From the human T2T-CHM13v2.0 reference genome, Homo sapiens: a stretch of DNA of 64,000 nt. The stretch is from the NCBI RefSeq assembly GCF_009914755.1, contig NC_060930.1. One strand, given 5' to 3'. A program made the translations under genes and the position numbers. Shown here piece by piece: positions 15,507 through 29,811 of this stretch. Position 1 is the first letter of the stretch. Every line of letters starts with the position of its first letter. The notes under the pieces are model-generated. The model did no database searches. It had not been told where the DNA came from and worked only from the letters and a program-made list of their open reading frames with translations.

Positions 15507-15609
15507 TGTTTGTAGTAAAGGCAAAAGCATATTCAGTGGATTACTCAGGTTAGCTCCAAAAATTATGAAACCAGAATCTATTCCAGCTGAATGAAGAGCT
15601 TTATCTAAA
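15507..15609 (-). CDS. LMBRD1: LMBRD1 coding exon (exon 11, 103 nt): (N)LDKALHSAGIDSGFIIFGANLSNPLNMLLPLLQT
   Basis: ttttttttag|TTTAGATAAA...CAAACA|gtaagt; the base of the recurrent cblF allele c.1056delG maps to 15534 (third base of CTG) and is present. Confidence 0.96.
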
Positions 15610-15952
15610 CTAAAAAAAATTACAAAGAATGAAATTTATGTTATACTATCAAATTTTCAGCAAATTTAGAAAAAATATAATTTAAGCATGCAAATACACC
15701 TGAGTCAAAGAAAACAATGGATAACAAATTAAACCTCACTTAAATATCTCACAGCTATTGTTCAATTGATGGAGAATAAAGAAACACTCTATTATTGGAC
15801 GTTTTAGCCATTCTTTGAGTTAATGCTATAGAACACTTCAAGTAAAAAAGCTACTTAAGATGAACAGCCTACACTAATGGCATTCAGCAACAAAATGTAT
15901 ATTATCATAGAATTTGTATAAGTGCTTTAGAAAATGTGTCTACTGTACTTAC

Positions 15953-16017
15953 TTTGACAAGAAGAGAGAAATTACAAACAGCAATGCAACTAAGATGAAA
16001 AATATTCCCCAGACGAT
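15953..16017 (-). CDS. LMBRD1: LMBRD1 coding exon (exon 10, 65 nt): IVWGIFFILVALLFVISLFLS(N)
   Basis: tttttgcttttag|ATCGTCTGG...TCAAA|gtaagt; TM helix; phase 0 to 2. Confidence 0.96.
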
Positions 16018-17879
16018 CTAAAAGCAAAAATATATTCATTAAAATATAGTTCTAAAAGTTGATATTAAAAGCACAAAATCATTATATTCAATATGAGTTG
16101 CTAGAATATGACAATGATCTAACAAAAACAATCTAAGATACATTTTAACTTAGTATACAATTCCAGGCATTTATACCTGAATTTTCATTATGAGACTATT
16201 TGATTGAGAACATGTACATAAAAGAGACAAAGCATTTGAAAAGTCTTCACTAATAAGTAAACAAATGAAACTCTTTGTTAGACCAAATACAAAGTCTTTA
16301 TTCTATTACACTGAAATGAGACTGAAAAGTACATTATGACTAACACACAGACACACACACACACACACACCCCAAAACCATGAAATGCAGGTTATATTAC
16401 CCTGTTAGTTAAAATAGAAAATTTAGAACATTTTCCCATAGAAGTAATAATATATATAAATGATATATATAGTGGTTAAATTATATTACAATCCATAAAA
16501 GCCTATACAAGTGATACTATTCCTGAAACAGAGTACTAACAACACTGAAAAAATTGTCAGGTAAAACAATGTTTCTGTGGAAAAAATGTCCTAAGCACTG
16601 TAAGTAGTGGAACATATTTCTCCCAATTGTATGAACTTTATATTAAAGATGGTAGAAAAAGAGGAAGAAAAATATTATAACTGAGTCTCTAATGAAAAGT
16701 TTCAGAATATAAAAGAGTTGAAATCTATGTTAGCAAAAACCTAAGCTCTTTTTCCCCGAAATCTTCCCCAAGTTGCGGGGACAACTGGGCTAAAGAGTTG
16801 TCAAGACCAGATCCAAAAAGAAGAGTCCCAGTAAGCACAGTTAAGTGTGTTGGGCTCCTCCTTTAACTGGAATTGATATAAATAGATCAATGAATGTTAT
16901 GAAATCATGAATGGTAGGGAGATTTTTTCATCTTATTTCACAGGACTGTGGAAGTAAATTTTAGAATCCTGAGAGAATAAAAGAAGTAACACATGAAACT
17001 ACCTAGCCTGAAAAGATGATTTTTGGAAGTAATTTTGGACCTGTGCTCTGGGGAATTCTTCAGTTATGGCTGGGTGCCTTTGGGGCTCACTGGGAAGGAG
17101 AGAGTTGACGAGAGGGGTCCAAGAAGGCTATAGTCATCTCTTGAAAAGAGAGTGATATTGCATGTACTATTTTTCATGCTAGGATTCCGCAAGAGAATTC
17201 ATTATTTAAAAAGGGTTTCATTGCAAAAGATTTTGAAGTGACTCCTTTATAGTAACAACTGCTCATTAGTAGAGGGTATAAAGGAGTTATACTTTTTTTT
17301 CTACTGGATTCAGGCATCTATATTTGGTACTGTGGTGAACTGAAAAGCAACACAGACTTATACTTAGGATTCTCAAGTGAAAAACATTCCTTCCTAATAG
17401 CTGTTAACAAAAAATAGTTTGTAGCAGTATAACTATGAAATGCCAATTAGTAGTAGGAGAACATGATATAGAAACAGCATTTGAAGTTAAGATTCCCTCT
17501 CTTTGGTATCCATTTTGGCAAAAAAAAAAAAAAATTTAAAATTAAAAAAAAAACCCTCTTAGCTATCTTCCAAATCTGTAGAGATGACTGACCCAGAGTT
17601 AGACTGCTTAATCAGTGACTTAACAGAACACAGAACAAATGTAAAAAATACAAATATTTTATAAAGACCAAGAAAACTATACATACTTAAATACTAGAAC
17701 TTAAATTAGTAGTTACAAAATCATGTCAGTGATGACCACATTGGGTTGACCTAAAAGCTACATATTATACTCTAGCTATAATGCCAATTTTGAAATAAAA
17801 ATTAAACTATAGAGGTAACATCAATAAAAATGGAATAAGACATATGCAAAAACAATACAAATAATTCCACTATACACTT

Positions 17880-18720
17880 CACTCATATTCTCCAAATTTT
17901 AACATGTTACCTTATCATTCTCTTTTGAACAAGTCTTAATTATTATATATCAATTTCTCTTGAACGAGGTCTTTCATAACCTTGACATTTTGTAGAGTCC
18001 AGGGAAGTTAATTTGTAGAATGTCTCTCAATTTGGATTGCCTATTTTCTCATGATTATATTTAGATTATGCTTTTTTCCAGAAATGACACAGACAGAGAA
18101 GTGTTGAGTCCTTCTCAATACATCATATCAAGTGGCACAGTCATGTCTATTTGCCCCATTACTGATGAGCTTAACTTAAATCATGTAGTAAGGTGGTTTC
18201 AGTCAGGTTTCTCCATTGTACAATTATTATTTCCCCCTCTGTAATTAATATGTTTTGTGGTGAGATACTTTCAGAATATGCAAAATCTTGTTCTCACCAA
18301 ACTTTTAATTTCAAGTTTTGTATCCACTGATGCCTCTTCCCAGAAACAATACGTTTTTTTCTGTGGTATTTGTCAAATGCTGGTTTTCTAATTGCTTCTA
18401 TATTTATTTGTTGGAATTCTACTGTAGGGAAGAGGTTTCCCTTCCCCATCATTTACTAATGTATTTACTTATGTCAATATAGACTTATATTTTATTCAAT
18501 TAGTTATCATCTGTTATTATCATTATTTTGATACCTAAATGGTCCCAGATTTAGGCAATAGGAGCCCCTACAAACTGGTTCCTTTTATTATACGCCCACT
18601 ATTCTCTTAAACACTTCTTACTTTCTGGCATCAGATGTTCCAAGCTTATTAAGTGCTTTCCCAGCCACAGTCCTAGAATCAGACATTTCTCCAAGCAGCC
18701 CTGGTTCCTTTTAATGAAGT
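17880..18720 (-). mobile_element. Old L1M (L1MC-like) 3'UTR fragment
   Basis: Recognisable antisense L1MC 3'UTR motifs such as TTGTAGAATGTCTCTCAATTTGG and CATTTCTCCAAGCAGCCCTGGTTCCTTTTA. Confidence 0.6.
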
Positions 18721-19024
18721 TAGGTAGTGGTCTGTCTATTAATTAAAACATATGCATATGCAGAAATCATTACTTTATTAGTACTAAATTAGGACTCTAT
18801 TTTCAATCCATGGGTGGTTGAATCTGCAAATGCAGAATCTGCAGATATAGAGGGACTGTTGTAATTCATCTGTTTTTCTTCTCCCTACCTCACTGCTTTC
18901 TGCTTTTATCTTATTTTCTTCTGTGTGATTCCTTTTGTTCTTCTGCTAGCTTTTTTGGGATTGGACATTTGTTTTTTTTTTTTCCACTTTTACTGGTAAG
19001 TGTGTTTCAGGCTATTAATTTCTC

Positions 19025-20322
19025 TTTTTTTTAAATTTATTAAAATACTGAGTTTTATTTCACATGCATATTTTTGTCTCCCCACCATTTCCATGTCTGA
19101 CCACCACTACTACTATGTCCTATCATAACATTCCATACATACTTAAGACCAAGCAAAGGGTGGAGTTCCGTCTTTAAAAACTAAACAGGCATTTTGGACA
19201 ACACATTATTGGCAATGGAGCCTGGACAACATTTATCAAACATGGTAGGGAAAGTTCCCACTCTGCATTATAAAAAGGACAGCCAGATATCAACTGCTAC
19301 AGAAATGAAGTAAGACAGAAAAATTTTAACAAATTGTTTAAACTATTTTCTTAAAGAGACTTCCTCAACTGCCAGAGATCTTGAATAGCCTCCTGGTCAG
19401 TCATCCGGAAGCAATTCTTCATATAATTGATGAACTTGGCTTCCACTTTGGGAAGAGAACCACCTTTTTCTATACTTGCTTGCATTTTTGCTTTAATGTC
19501 TTCTACAGAACTAGGTCCTTTTGGTGTTTTAGGAGATTTTTCCTGTTTTTTGAAGGATTCTTACCCGTTTGATCTTGGTATTGATGATGGTTTTGAGTCT
19601 TTTCCATTCTGATTTGGCTTTTGTGCATTTTTGGCTGGAGTATCTCGTATAGATTTCTTCACTGGTGATTTTTCTTCAGTTTCCTTATTATCAAAATCAT
19701 CATTATCACCATCTTCATCATTATCATCATCATCATCATCTTCATCAGTAGCAAGTTTTACTTTTTTCTGTGGAACCTTGCTACCACCTCCAGGGACAGA
19801 CCACTTTCCAGATATACTTAAGAGTTTCACATCCTCCTCCTCTTCATCTACTGACTGCATCTTCCTCCACTGCTACTAAATGTTGTTCACTAATATGCAC
19901 TGGCCCTGAACCACACTTCAACCGTAAGACCACTGGTGGTGTTATTTCAAAGCCCCTAAGGAAAATTGTTGGCTGTACAGACATTTTCAAAGTTGCCAGT
20001 GTTACTTTAATTGGACTGCCTTTGTAATACACTGCCTCTGCTTCAACGATGTGTAATTCATCTTTTCCATCAGCCCCTAAACTGACCGTTCTTAAAGATA
20101 ACTAGTGCTCATTTTCATCATTATCCACCTTAAAGTGATAATCTTTGTCAGCCTGTAGTTCACAACCAAATAGATAGTTCCAGGGCCTCCGGGGGTTTAT
20201 GTCCATGTCCATCAAATCTTCCATCAGGTGGCAGCACACACTTAGGTGGGAGAGAAGGCAGATGGAGATAAACAACCACAGCTCAAGAGAACAGCCGCAC
20301 AGGACAGAATCACATCAGGGAC
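19025..20322 (-). pseudogene. NPM1 (nucleophosmin) processed pseudogene in LMBRD1 intron 9, same sense as host
   Basis: Intronless copy with 5'UTR, ATG at 20224 (MEDLMDMD...), acidic tracts, C-terminus ...[11 protein letters not shown] (TAA 19353-19351), 3'UTR with two AATAAA and an A-tail remnant; frameshift near 19850 and premature TAA at about 19562; ORF-track fragments 19844..20032 and 19561..19860. Confidence 0.95.
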
Positions 20323-20894
20323 TGATCTCTATTTTAAAGGTATCCCACAGACTCTAATATGTTTCAATTATCATTAACTTTTAGAAATTCTGTAATTTAT
20401 TTCCCCTTTCTTTTCACTCAAAAGTTGCTGAATATAAGGTTAATTTTCAAGTGAAAAGTATGTTAATCTATTGATTTTGTTACAATTTCTAGTTTTAACG
20501 CACTGCAATCAGAGAAAAATTGTTTGTAATATATCTACTGTTTGAAACTTCCTGATACTTTCTTCAGGATACAATTAATAATACGATCAACTTTTGTGTT
20601 CCCTGTACATTTGGAGAAAAGGTTATTTTCTATTATCTAGATGTAAAGTTTAAAAGTTGTAAGTTATACCTTACTGATTATTAGGTCTTCTATATTCTTA
20701 CTCTATTTCATCCACTTGAAATGTTTTACCCTGAGAATGCTGTTATTCTCCTATTACTATTATATTTCAATCTCTACCTTCTGGAATCTCCCATAGTTTT
20801 TGCTTTCATAAAGGTGGCTGCTGTGCTAACTGGTACATAGATAACCACAGTTATTATATCTTCATTCTAAATTGTGGCTTTTCATATTTAAAAG

Positions 20895-21510
20895 TGTGTA
20901 AATTTTCTACTGCTGCCAATGACACACCACCACAAACTTAGTGGCCTGAAACAGCATCTACTTATTATCTCAGTTTCTGTGGGTCAGCTGTCTGTGCACA
21001 GTGCAGCTCAGTGGATTCTCTGCTCGAGGTCTCACAGGCCCAAAACCAAGAGTAGGGCTATGTTCCCTTCTGGAGACTCTGGGAAAGAAATACTTTCATG
21101 CTCTTTCAGATTGTTGGCTGGCATTCAGTTCCTTAAGGTTGTAGAGTTGGAGTTTTCCTTTCTTTGTTAGCTATCATTTGGGAACATCTCTCCGTTTCTT
21201 AAGGCTGCTTGCATTCCTTGTCACATTTCCCCCTCCATCTTCAAACCAGTCATGGCAAGTCAGGTCATTCTCGCACTTTGAATATCTTTGATGTACCCTT
21301 TATCACTTCTCTCTGACTCTAATCCAGAAAGTTCTCTGCTTTTAAAGGTTCATGTTATTAGACTGAGCCCACCTGAATAACCCAGGATAATCTTTATATC
21401 TTAAGGTTTATAACCTTAATTACATCTGTAAGGTTCCTTTGCCACTTAATGTCACAGGTTTCCTGGATGAGGGCATCATTAGGTGAAGAAAAAGGCACTG
21501 TATCTACCAT
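20895..21510 (-). mobile_element. Older MLT1-family LTR
   Basis: CACCACAAACTTAGTGGCCTGAAACA, CAGTTTCTGTGGGTCAG, CCCACCTGAATAACCCAGGATAATCT motifs typical of MLT1 in reverse. Confidence 0.75.
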
Positions 21511-23016
21511 AAAATGTGTCCTTCTTTGTTACAATTGGTGTATTTTGGCTTGAATTCTATTTTGTCTAATAGGATCATTGTTTCCTTATTGTTTCCATTT
21601 GTCTAGTATGTCTTTAAACACCGTTTATTTTTAGTCCTTTTGAACTACTGTTTTAGGTGTGTCTCTTTTAAATAGCATACATTGGATCTATCTTCTTTCT
21701 GAAGAAAATACAAATTTTCTTCTAATGGTGAGTTAGGTGTATTCACATTTGTTGATATTATGGACATATTTAGTCTCAATAATATCTTACTGTTAGATAA
21801 TTTTGTGTATGTTATATTTCCTGTGTTCTTTACTCCAGGTACCTAGAATAGGCAAACTGATGGAGAGCAAAAGAGAAATCACTAGGGAATGGAGAATTAC
21901 CGTTTAATAAATACATTGTTTCCATTTGAAAAAGATCAGAAAATGAATAGTGATGATGGTTGCACAACATTGTGAATGTACTTACTGCTATTGAATATAC
22001 ACCTAAAAATATTCCAAATCATAGACTGAGGCATATATATTTTACCACAATAAAAAAATCTAAAAAATATATGCAATATAATTACAAACATAAATTTATA
22101 ATTTTGTGTATAAGCATAAGAAGTATATATAGTAAAATCTCAAGTTACATTTAAAACCTAATGATCTAGAAGTTACCCAGGCCAATTAGCTGTATAAGCT
22201 CAAAGTATACTCTTCTGTCAGGGAAGAGTTTATTCAAGTATTTAATGAACATCAGACTGTAGGCTTAGAAATGTGTTCAATATTATATATAAAGGCTGTT
22301 TTAAAGAGCTATTAACTTATTCTAATTAGGTGCTTATTTTTATAATTGTCTTCAGCACAAAACTAATCTCCCTTCATTTCCATGGTAGGATTTAAGAACT
22401 TCAAAAATCCTACATATAGAACTATAACAGCAGCAGCTGCAATTTTCTGAGCTGTTTACATCAAAAGGAACTGCACTGCATACATTATTTCATTTAATTC
22501 CCACAACAAAATAAAGTAAGTATATAATTCCATTTTAAGAATGAGAAAAGTGAGGTTCAAAAAGCTTAAGTAAGAAGTTACAGAGTTGGTGAGGAGCAGA
22601 GCAAGGACTCAAACCCAGGATTAGGTGACCACAAAGCCTATGCTTCTGAAATAAGTTATGTATATGCTAGGGAAATGCATGGCAATCACAAGATCAACAG
22701 GCATCTTCATGGGAACAAAAAAAAAAATCCTCTACTAATTTTAAAAATTGTAACTTTTTTTACATTTGCAAAAATTTAAATTTAATTCATTTCATAATAA
22801 GACAAACATGAATTATAGTAGAGAATAAAAGGTAACACTGGCACAAAATTTTGAGATAGAACATAACTTCTAAGAAATTTAATGTCAGGAACTTCTCAAA
22901 GGTCTTAAATTACCTTCAGTATACACAGAGAGAGCTGTATAGAAGGGCAAGTGGACCTAGATCCACTTTCTTCCTCTAGTTTGACTTGAATGTTAATGTT
23001 TAAGAAACACTAAATG

Positions 23017-23310
<294 letters not shown>

Positions 23311-23569
23311 AGAAAAGAAACATTAATTGAAAATTTGGCTTCCTATTTCTGAATTACACCAATTGTAGACAAACACAGAGATAAATGAACAGCAACCTTC
23401 ATATCTCATTTAAGGAAAAAAAGCAGTGTTTATCTCCTCATAATACACATTAAACCCTCAATTACATAACGATCAGTTTGTACCCCTAGAGATTCCTTCA
23501 GGCATGCCTATTACCCTATTCCTAACTTAGGATCAGACATGGAAAGATGGGTAAAAATTTAGATCAATA

Positions 23570-25495
23570 TTCAGAAATGACACATTTACTAACAAAAAGA
23601 ATAACTGTACTGGAGGTTTCAGCCAGTGAAATTAGAAAAGTAAAAAATAAAAGCAATTACAAATCTTATAAGGAAGAAGTAAAACTGTCTTTTAGCAGCT
23701 GATATGATCATGTATAAAAGAAAACCTCCTAAGGAAGCTACAATGAAGGTACTAGAACTAATAATTTAACCAGGTTGCAGGATATAAGAGTAAGATACAA
23801 AGACAAATTTCTACATACTAACAACAAATATTAAAAACTGAAATTAAACAACATAATTTGCAAGACTATAAAAAATACTTAGAGGTAAATTTATCAAGAT
23901 ATTTTTAAGACCTCTACTTTGAACACTACAAAACATTCCTGAGAGAAATTTAAGATGTAAATAAATAGATATCATGTTCATGGATAGAATATATCAATTC
24001 TCCCCCAAATTTATCTATAAGAGTGAAAGTAATCCCAATAGATATCCTAGTGGATGTTTTGTGGAATTATAAATTGATTCTTAAATTTATATGAAAATGC
24101 AAAGGATTTGGCAAAGCCAAAATGATTTTGAAAAAGGAAAATAAAACTGAATAATTTATACTACCTAACTTCATGGCAGATTATAAAGCTCTATTAACCA
24201 AGTATTAGCATAAAGACATATATAGATCAATGAGTAGAATGGAGATTCCAGAAATAGACCCACACTTACACTACAATCAATTTATTTGACAAAACTTCCA
24301 AGGAAAGCCAATGAGCAAAGGATAGTCTTGAAAAAAAAATTATGCTGGAACAATTGGATATCCACATAGAAAATAAAATGAACCTTAACCCTTAAGTCAT
24401 ACCATAGCACAAAAGTAACTTAAATGGGGTCATGATCCCAAGCATAAGATGTAAATCTACAAAATTTCTAGAAGAAAATGTTTCTTACCTTAGGATAGAC
24501 AAACATTTCTGAGGACACAAAAATATGAACCAAAAATAGACATATAAATTAATATTCATCAAAATTTAAGAAACATCTGAATTACAGTTAAGAAACCAAA
24601 AACATAAAGAAAACTTGCCACGAACTAGGAGACGATACAATACATATATGTGACAAAGTGCTAGATCCAGACTATATAATGAACGCTTGTATCTCACTCA
24701 TAATAGAAAACCCTAATTTAGAAAATGGCCAAGAGATTTAAACACACATTTTACAGAAAATAGCCAATAAGCATACAAAAAGATGCTAAATATCATTTAG
24801 TCACCAATGAAATGCAAAGCAAAACTGTGAGATGCTACTGCATATTCATAAGAATAACTCTTACAGACACTACATAAGAGTTGACAAGAATGTGAAACAA
24901 TGGGCAATCTCTTATTGCTGTGGGAATGCAAAACGGTTGTAACCCTTTTGGAAAACAACTTCGGCAGTTTCTTATAAACATATTAAACGTTAGATCCAAA
25001 AATTCTACTCAAGTATTTATCCAAAAGAAATGAATGAAAGCACATCTACACAAAGGTTTGTACAAAAGTGTTCATATTAGCATTATTCATTATAGTCTCA
25101 AACCAGAAACAACCCAAATTTCCACCAACAAGGGTGAGTGAATAAACAAATTGTGATACAGACACACACTGTAATACCACCGAACAATAAAACTGAATAA
25201 ACCACTGGGCAAAAAAATAGTATTAAATAATAACATGAGCAAATCTCAAAAACTGTGCCATGCCAAAGAAGCCATCAGACAAAAGATTGTACACTCTATG
25301 ATTCCATTTATTTAAAATTCCAGAACACATAAAACTGACCTCTAATGATAGAAAGGACATCAATAATTACCTAAAGTCTGAGCTCAGGGGAGCAAGAGAG
25401 GGCATGAGGTAGATTTTTCGAGTGATGTGGATGCCCTATCTATCTATATTGGGCAAAACCAGTCTGTACACTTAGTAAAGTTGATTTGAAAATCC
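23570..25495 (+). mobile_element. Old L1M ORF2-to-3'UTR fragment
   Basis: Decayed ORF2 motifs GAAGAAGTAAAACTGTC, CCAGAAATAGACCCACAC, CTATGATTCCATTTAT. Confidence 0.8.
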
Positions 25496-25894
25496 TTCTA
25501 AACATATGTTTGGTGAAATGGAACATAGCATATATAAAAGAAGGCAGCTGATGTTAGAGACCAGATTATAAATATTTATAAAAACCTAAAAACAATTTAG
25601 GATTAAAATAAAGCTGGAGAGAGTTTCATCATACTTTCAGTGCTATGAAGACAAATCACCTTGGGGTAAAAAAAACTGGGATGAATTTTTTAAAAATTTA
25701 TTCTAACAGAAGATTTAAAAAGTGATTATATAGAAAAATTAACTGATTATGGTATATTTTTAAAAATCTCTTTCAAACCAGGCGCTTTTTAGGGTGAGCA
25801 GTTAGTGCATTTCTTTCTAATTATAAAAGGTGGAGAAAGCAGCACCCAAATTGAACCTGACTGACTCATCTTTGAATGGTTCTTTGAACCATTT

Positions 25895-26107
25895 CTTTTT
25901 CTTTTTTTTAACATTTAAGTTCACGGGTACAAATGCAGGTTTGCTACATAGGTAAACTTGCGTCATGGGGGTTGTTGTACAGATTATTTCATCACCCAGG
26001 TACTAAGCAAGGAACCCATTAGTTATTCTACCCGATCCTCTCCTTCCTCCCACCCTCCACCCTCTGAAAGGCCCCAGAGTGTGTTGTTCCCCTCTGTCTG
26101 TCCATGT
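25895..26107 (-). mobile_element. Short L1PA (older primate) 3'-end insertion
   Basis: T-tail, then GCAGGTTTGCTACATAGGTAAACTTG...CCTCCCACCCTCCACCCTC; TSD TTGAACCA(T/C)TTCTTTT. Confidence 0.8.
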
Positions 26108-26569
26108 TGAACCACTTCTTTTAAAATTTAGCACAAACCCACTTTCCAGCTTCATTCTGCCTAACTTCAAGTTAGTCCACTGACTGAATTTTCTGAATTA
26201 CAACTTGTGTGCTATTGTATACAAAGGTCTGGTGTTTGAAATGCTTCCAGATATACAATGAGCATATTTGGAAGTCTGTGGCCAACAGTTTTTGTTACTT
26301 TTTAGTCTCAGCCATATTAAAGTGATCTTAATTCATTCTAGGTAATTAGGTTTAAGTACCATAGTCCCAAGAATTCAAGGCTGGCAAACAATGGTTTCCA
26401 AAAAAAGAAAATAATAATTTTCCATGTCAAATAATATCTTTAACATACTTTCAGAAACATAATCTAACAATGAGGCAAATTCTATTACTGTCAGAGTTCC
26501 TATGTTTTTTTTTTTTAAAGTCATTTTGTTTCTCACAGTTTTAACAACCCATACAAATAGATAAATTCA

Positions 26570-27400
26570 TAAAGAAAATGTCACACATACATAATTGGAA
26601 CATTATTCAGCCTTTTAAAAAATAAGAGAATCCTCTTATTTGTGACAACATGGATGTGCCTGAAAGACATTATGCTAAGTGAAATAAGTCAGGCACAGAA
26701 AGACACTGCACAATTCTTATGTGAGACACCTGAAATAGGAAAAAGTATAGATATAGAAATTAGAATAGTAGTTACCAGGGAATGCAGAAAAGAGAGAAAA
26801 AGAGTTGTCATCTAAGGGGAGGCAGTTACACAAGATGAATAAGTTCCAGAGGTCTGCCATGAGAGGGCCTACAGTCAACAATAATATGTGGTACATATAA
26901 AATCTTAGAAAGAATGGATCTCATTTTAAATGTTAACAAATCAACAACAGCAACAAAGGAAAACATAGAAAGTTTTGGAGGTGATGGATATGCCCATTAC
27001 CCAGAATGTGGTGATAGCAACATAAATGAATATGTATATTTAAACTCACCAAATTGCATTAATTAACTATGTGCAGTTTTAAAAGAAACAATTGCATCTC
27101 CATAAAAGTGGGAGGAAACACCAGTATGGTAAAGCATGAAAACAAAAATGTACACCAATAGAAAAGAATAGAGAGCCTAGAAATAAATCCACAAACCTAG
27201 TCAATTTATTTTTGATAAGCGTACCATGAATACATACTAAGGAAAGGATAGTCAATCCAACATAGTGCTGGAAAAAATGAACACGCCAACAGAATGAAAC
27301 TAGGCCCTTATTTTACACCATACACAAAAACCAAATCAAAATAGACTAAACACTTAACATAAGACCTGAATCTGTAAATCTACTAGGAGAAAGCATAGGC
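26570..27400 (+). mobile_element. L1M fragments (3'UTR then ORF2 piece)
   Basis: GACATTATGCTAAGTGAAATAAGTCAGGCACAGAAAGAC; GAATAGAGAGCCTAGAAATAAATCCAC. Confidence 0.7.
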
Positions 27401-27708
27401 TCCTAAGCTCTAAGTCCCAGATCAATTTATAGGAAAGTATAAACTTGAAGAATATGCTAGCAGCATATTGCAATACTTATCTATATTTTTATTTTAATTT
27501 CCCAACAATTGTTGTAATACATTGCTCAGAAAGGTTATGCACCTTACCCAAACTACCAAAGAGAGCTGTGATTTAAAACCAGATTAAACCCCCAAATCCA
27601 TTTTAAGTACCATGCTGTAATGCCTCAAAAGGAGAGCTCAATCTCTCCAAGAGGTACTACATAAACTTGGGGAAGAGTGACAGCATAATTTTTAAAAACT
27701 TCATTTAC

Positions 27709-27861
27709 CTTCAGGGGACGCAGAGCGCCACAAAATTTTGTCCACCAGCTGTTTTCAATGAATTCTAAATGCCTCTCTCTCTTCTTAAGTGTTCGTAACC
27801 TTTCTTCAAATTGTTTTAAGGCGCGTTTATCCCTTGCTGGCAAAGGTCGACCATCTTTGCT
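27709..27861 (-). CDS. LMBRD1: LMBRD1 coding exon (exon 9, 153 nt): SKDGRPLPARDKRALKQFEERLRTLKKRERHLEFIENSWWTKFCGALRPLK
   Basis: Core of ORF-track entry 27625..27879; ttatttgcag|AGCAAA...CTGAAG|gtaaat; phase 0-0. Confidence 0.97.
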
Positions 27862-28904
27862 CTGCAAATAACAGAACAAAATAAAAGTTTTACCATTAAC
27901 ATCTTAATAAAGTACCCAGCAGATTTAGCAGATCAGGCAACAAAACCTTTTCAGGATGGACACTCTTTAGGCAAATTTACAAACTAAAAAAAACCTGACA
28001 ACTGCAATATGACAATAAACATAGGATAACCAAGGTCAGCATAAAAATGTGGATGTGTGTACATTTATGCCTACCTTCCTCTTGATCCCAATACATGGTA
28101 GAGTTATGTGGAGAGAGATAACCATTTGTAAAAACATTCCACAAAAAGTATGTTTGATAAGAAGTGTTAACTACTATGTACTTTGCTCAATGATTCTCCC
28201 TCCTCTCCAAACTCACTGTATCACTTATTTCAATATATTTGGCTCTGCCCCTTCCCTCTCTTTAGTCAAGTGGTTATGTTACCTGAACTGATGCTTCTCA
28301 GCCCAATTCAAATGCTAGCAGAATGAAGCAACACAAGCACAGATGGCATACAGAGGTTTTTGTAACAATTGCTAAGAACTGATACTTCCTTGTTTTCCAA
28401 GTACTTTGGCAAATGAGTCAAGCTTTCTTTGGCCAACCTATCTGACAGATAATTTCCATCTATTTTTACGCGACACTTTCTGTAACCATGAGCAGTACCT
28501 TTCTCATCATATCTCATAGATACACTTTCCCACTGAACTCTCCTGCTCCTATCTTCAATTGGGTACAAAAATAAAACAACTACTAAATACAGAAAAGGTA
28601 AAATATAAAATTGTTTTTATCAGCAGGAACAAGAAAAATATTTGTATAGGATTACATTTTTAAAGTGTAGATATATTAGGTATCAGAATGTCTTTAATAT
28701 TCCTATTAAGGTTTAAATAGGTTCCTAGCAGATACACAACATATTGCTCTTCCCATGTATCCTAGTGCAGCCTCAATTTGAAATCATAACTATAATGCAG
28801 AGAAAACCTATGTAACCTTTAATAAAGAGATTTACACAGTTACAACAATCTCTTTACATATCGGCATCACTATGATCTTCTGGAACCAATCATCCTCTCC
28901 CACG

Positions 28905-29080
28905 ACTTATCTTGTTGCTTGTCAAACTTCATGCATAAGAATCACTTGGAAAGTTTGTTAAATACATATATCTAGGCCCTATCCCCAGAGGATATGATTT
29001 TGTAGGTCTTGGGTGGAGCCTAGAATTTGAATTTCTACCAAATTTCCAGGAGATGCAGATGCTACTAGTCCAGAGACCAC
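28905..29080. mobile_element. MER5A-like (hAT-Charlie)
   Basis: TGCATAAGAATCACTTGG...GTAGGTCTTGGGTGGAGCCTAGAATTTG...GATGCAGATGCTACTAGTCC. Confidence 0.7.
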
Positions 29081-29811
29081 ACATTACATACTACAGACTA
29101 TATTCCATTCCTCTAAGTACATTGGGTATTATCACTGGATCCCAGAAAACGAAAACTAAGAGGGATTTTCTGAAGATCAGAGTAATAAAATGAACACTCC
29201 CTTCTGGAAGATAAATCCAGGTAACAATACTTCAAGTGTGTGGTATGAGAAGGATTCGGCACTTTATATCTTAACCATAACAATTTCCCCTAAAATTTCC
29301 ATTATCGTATCAAAAGGATACTACAAATGAGGTAATTTTGTCTCAATGCTGGCGTTCACTATTTTAGAAAAAAAAATAGTAAACTGATTAAAGGATCCAC
29401 TTGAAACAAACCCAAGTTATCTGCCTACTTGGTGAATGCTTCAGTGGAATGAGGGATGAATTTCCATTCTGCATTGCCAATTGACTAAACGAATATAAGA
29501 ATAATTTTGATCAGAGAAACAAATACTAAGATGTAAACTCAGCAGTGAACATCTACCTCATTTGAAAGAAAAAATGTAGTTATACAGGTTAAAATGTAGT
29601 TAAAGGGAATAACAAACCCCTGGTTAAGAAAAAAAGTAAAACATGAAAGCTTCCCTTCACACTGTCTGTCTCCAATTACCATATTACCATTCCCCTTTCC
29701 TATGGTTTTTACTGTTAAGCAGTTAAATATCCTTCAACAAATTTTCTATTTACACACACACACACACGTACACATATACAAATGTATTTACGATGTCTTA
29801 TTATATGTGTA

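Noticed and set aside
19561-20032. NPM1-like ORFs as a functional retrogene
   Set aside because: Frameshift in the first acidic tract and a premature TAA; no visible promoter.
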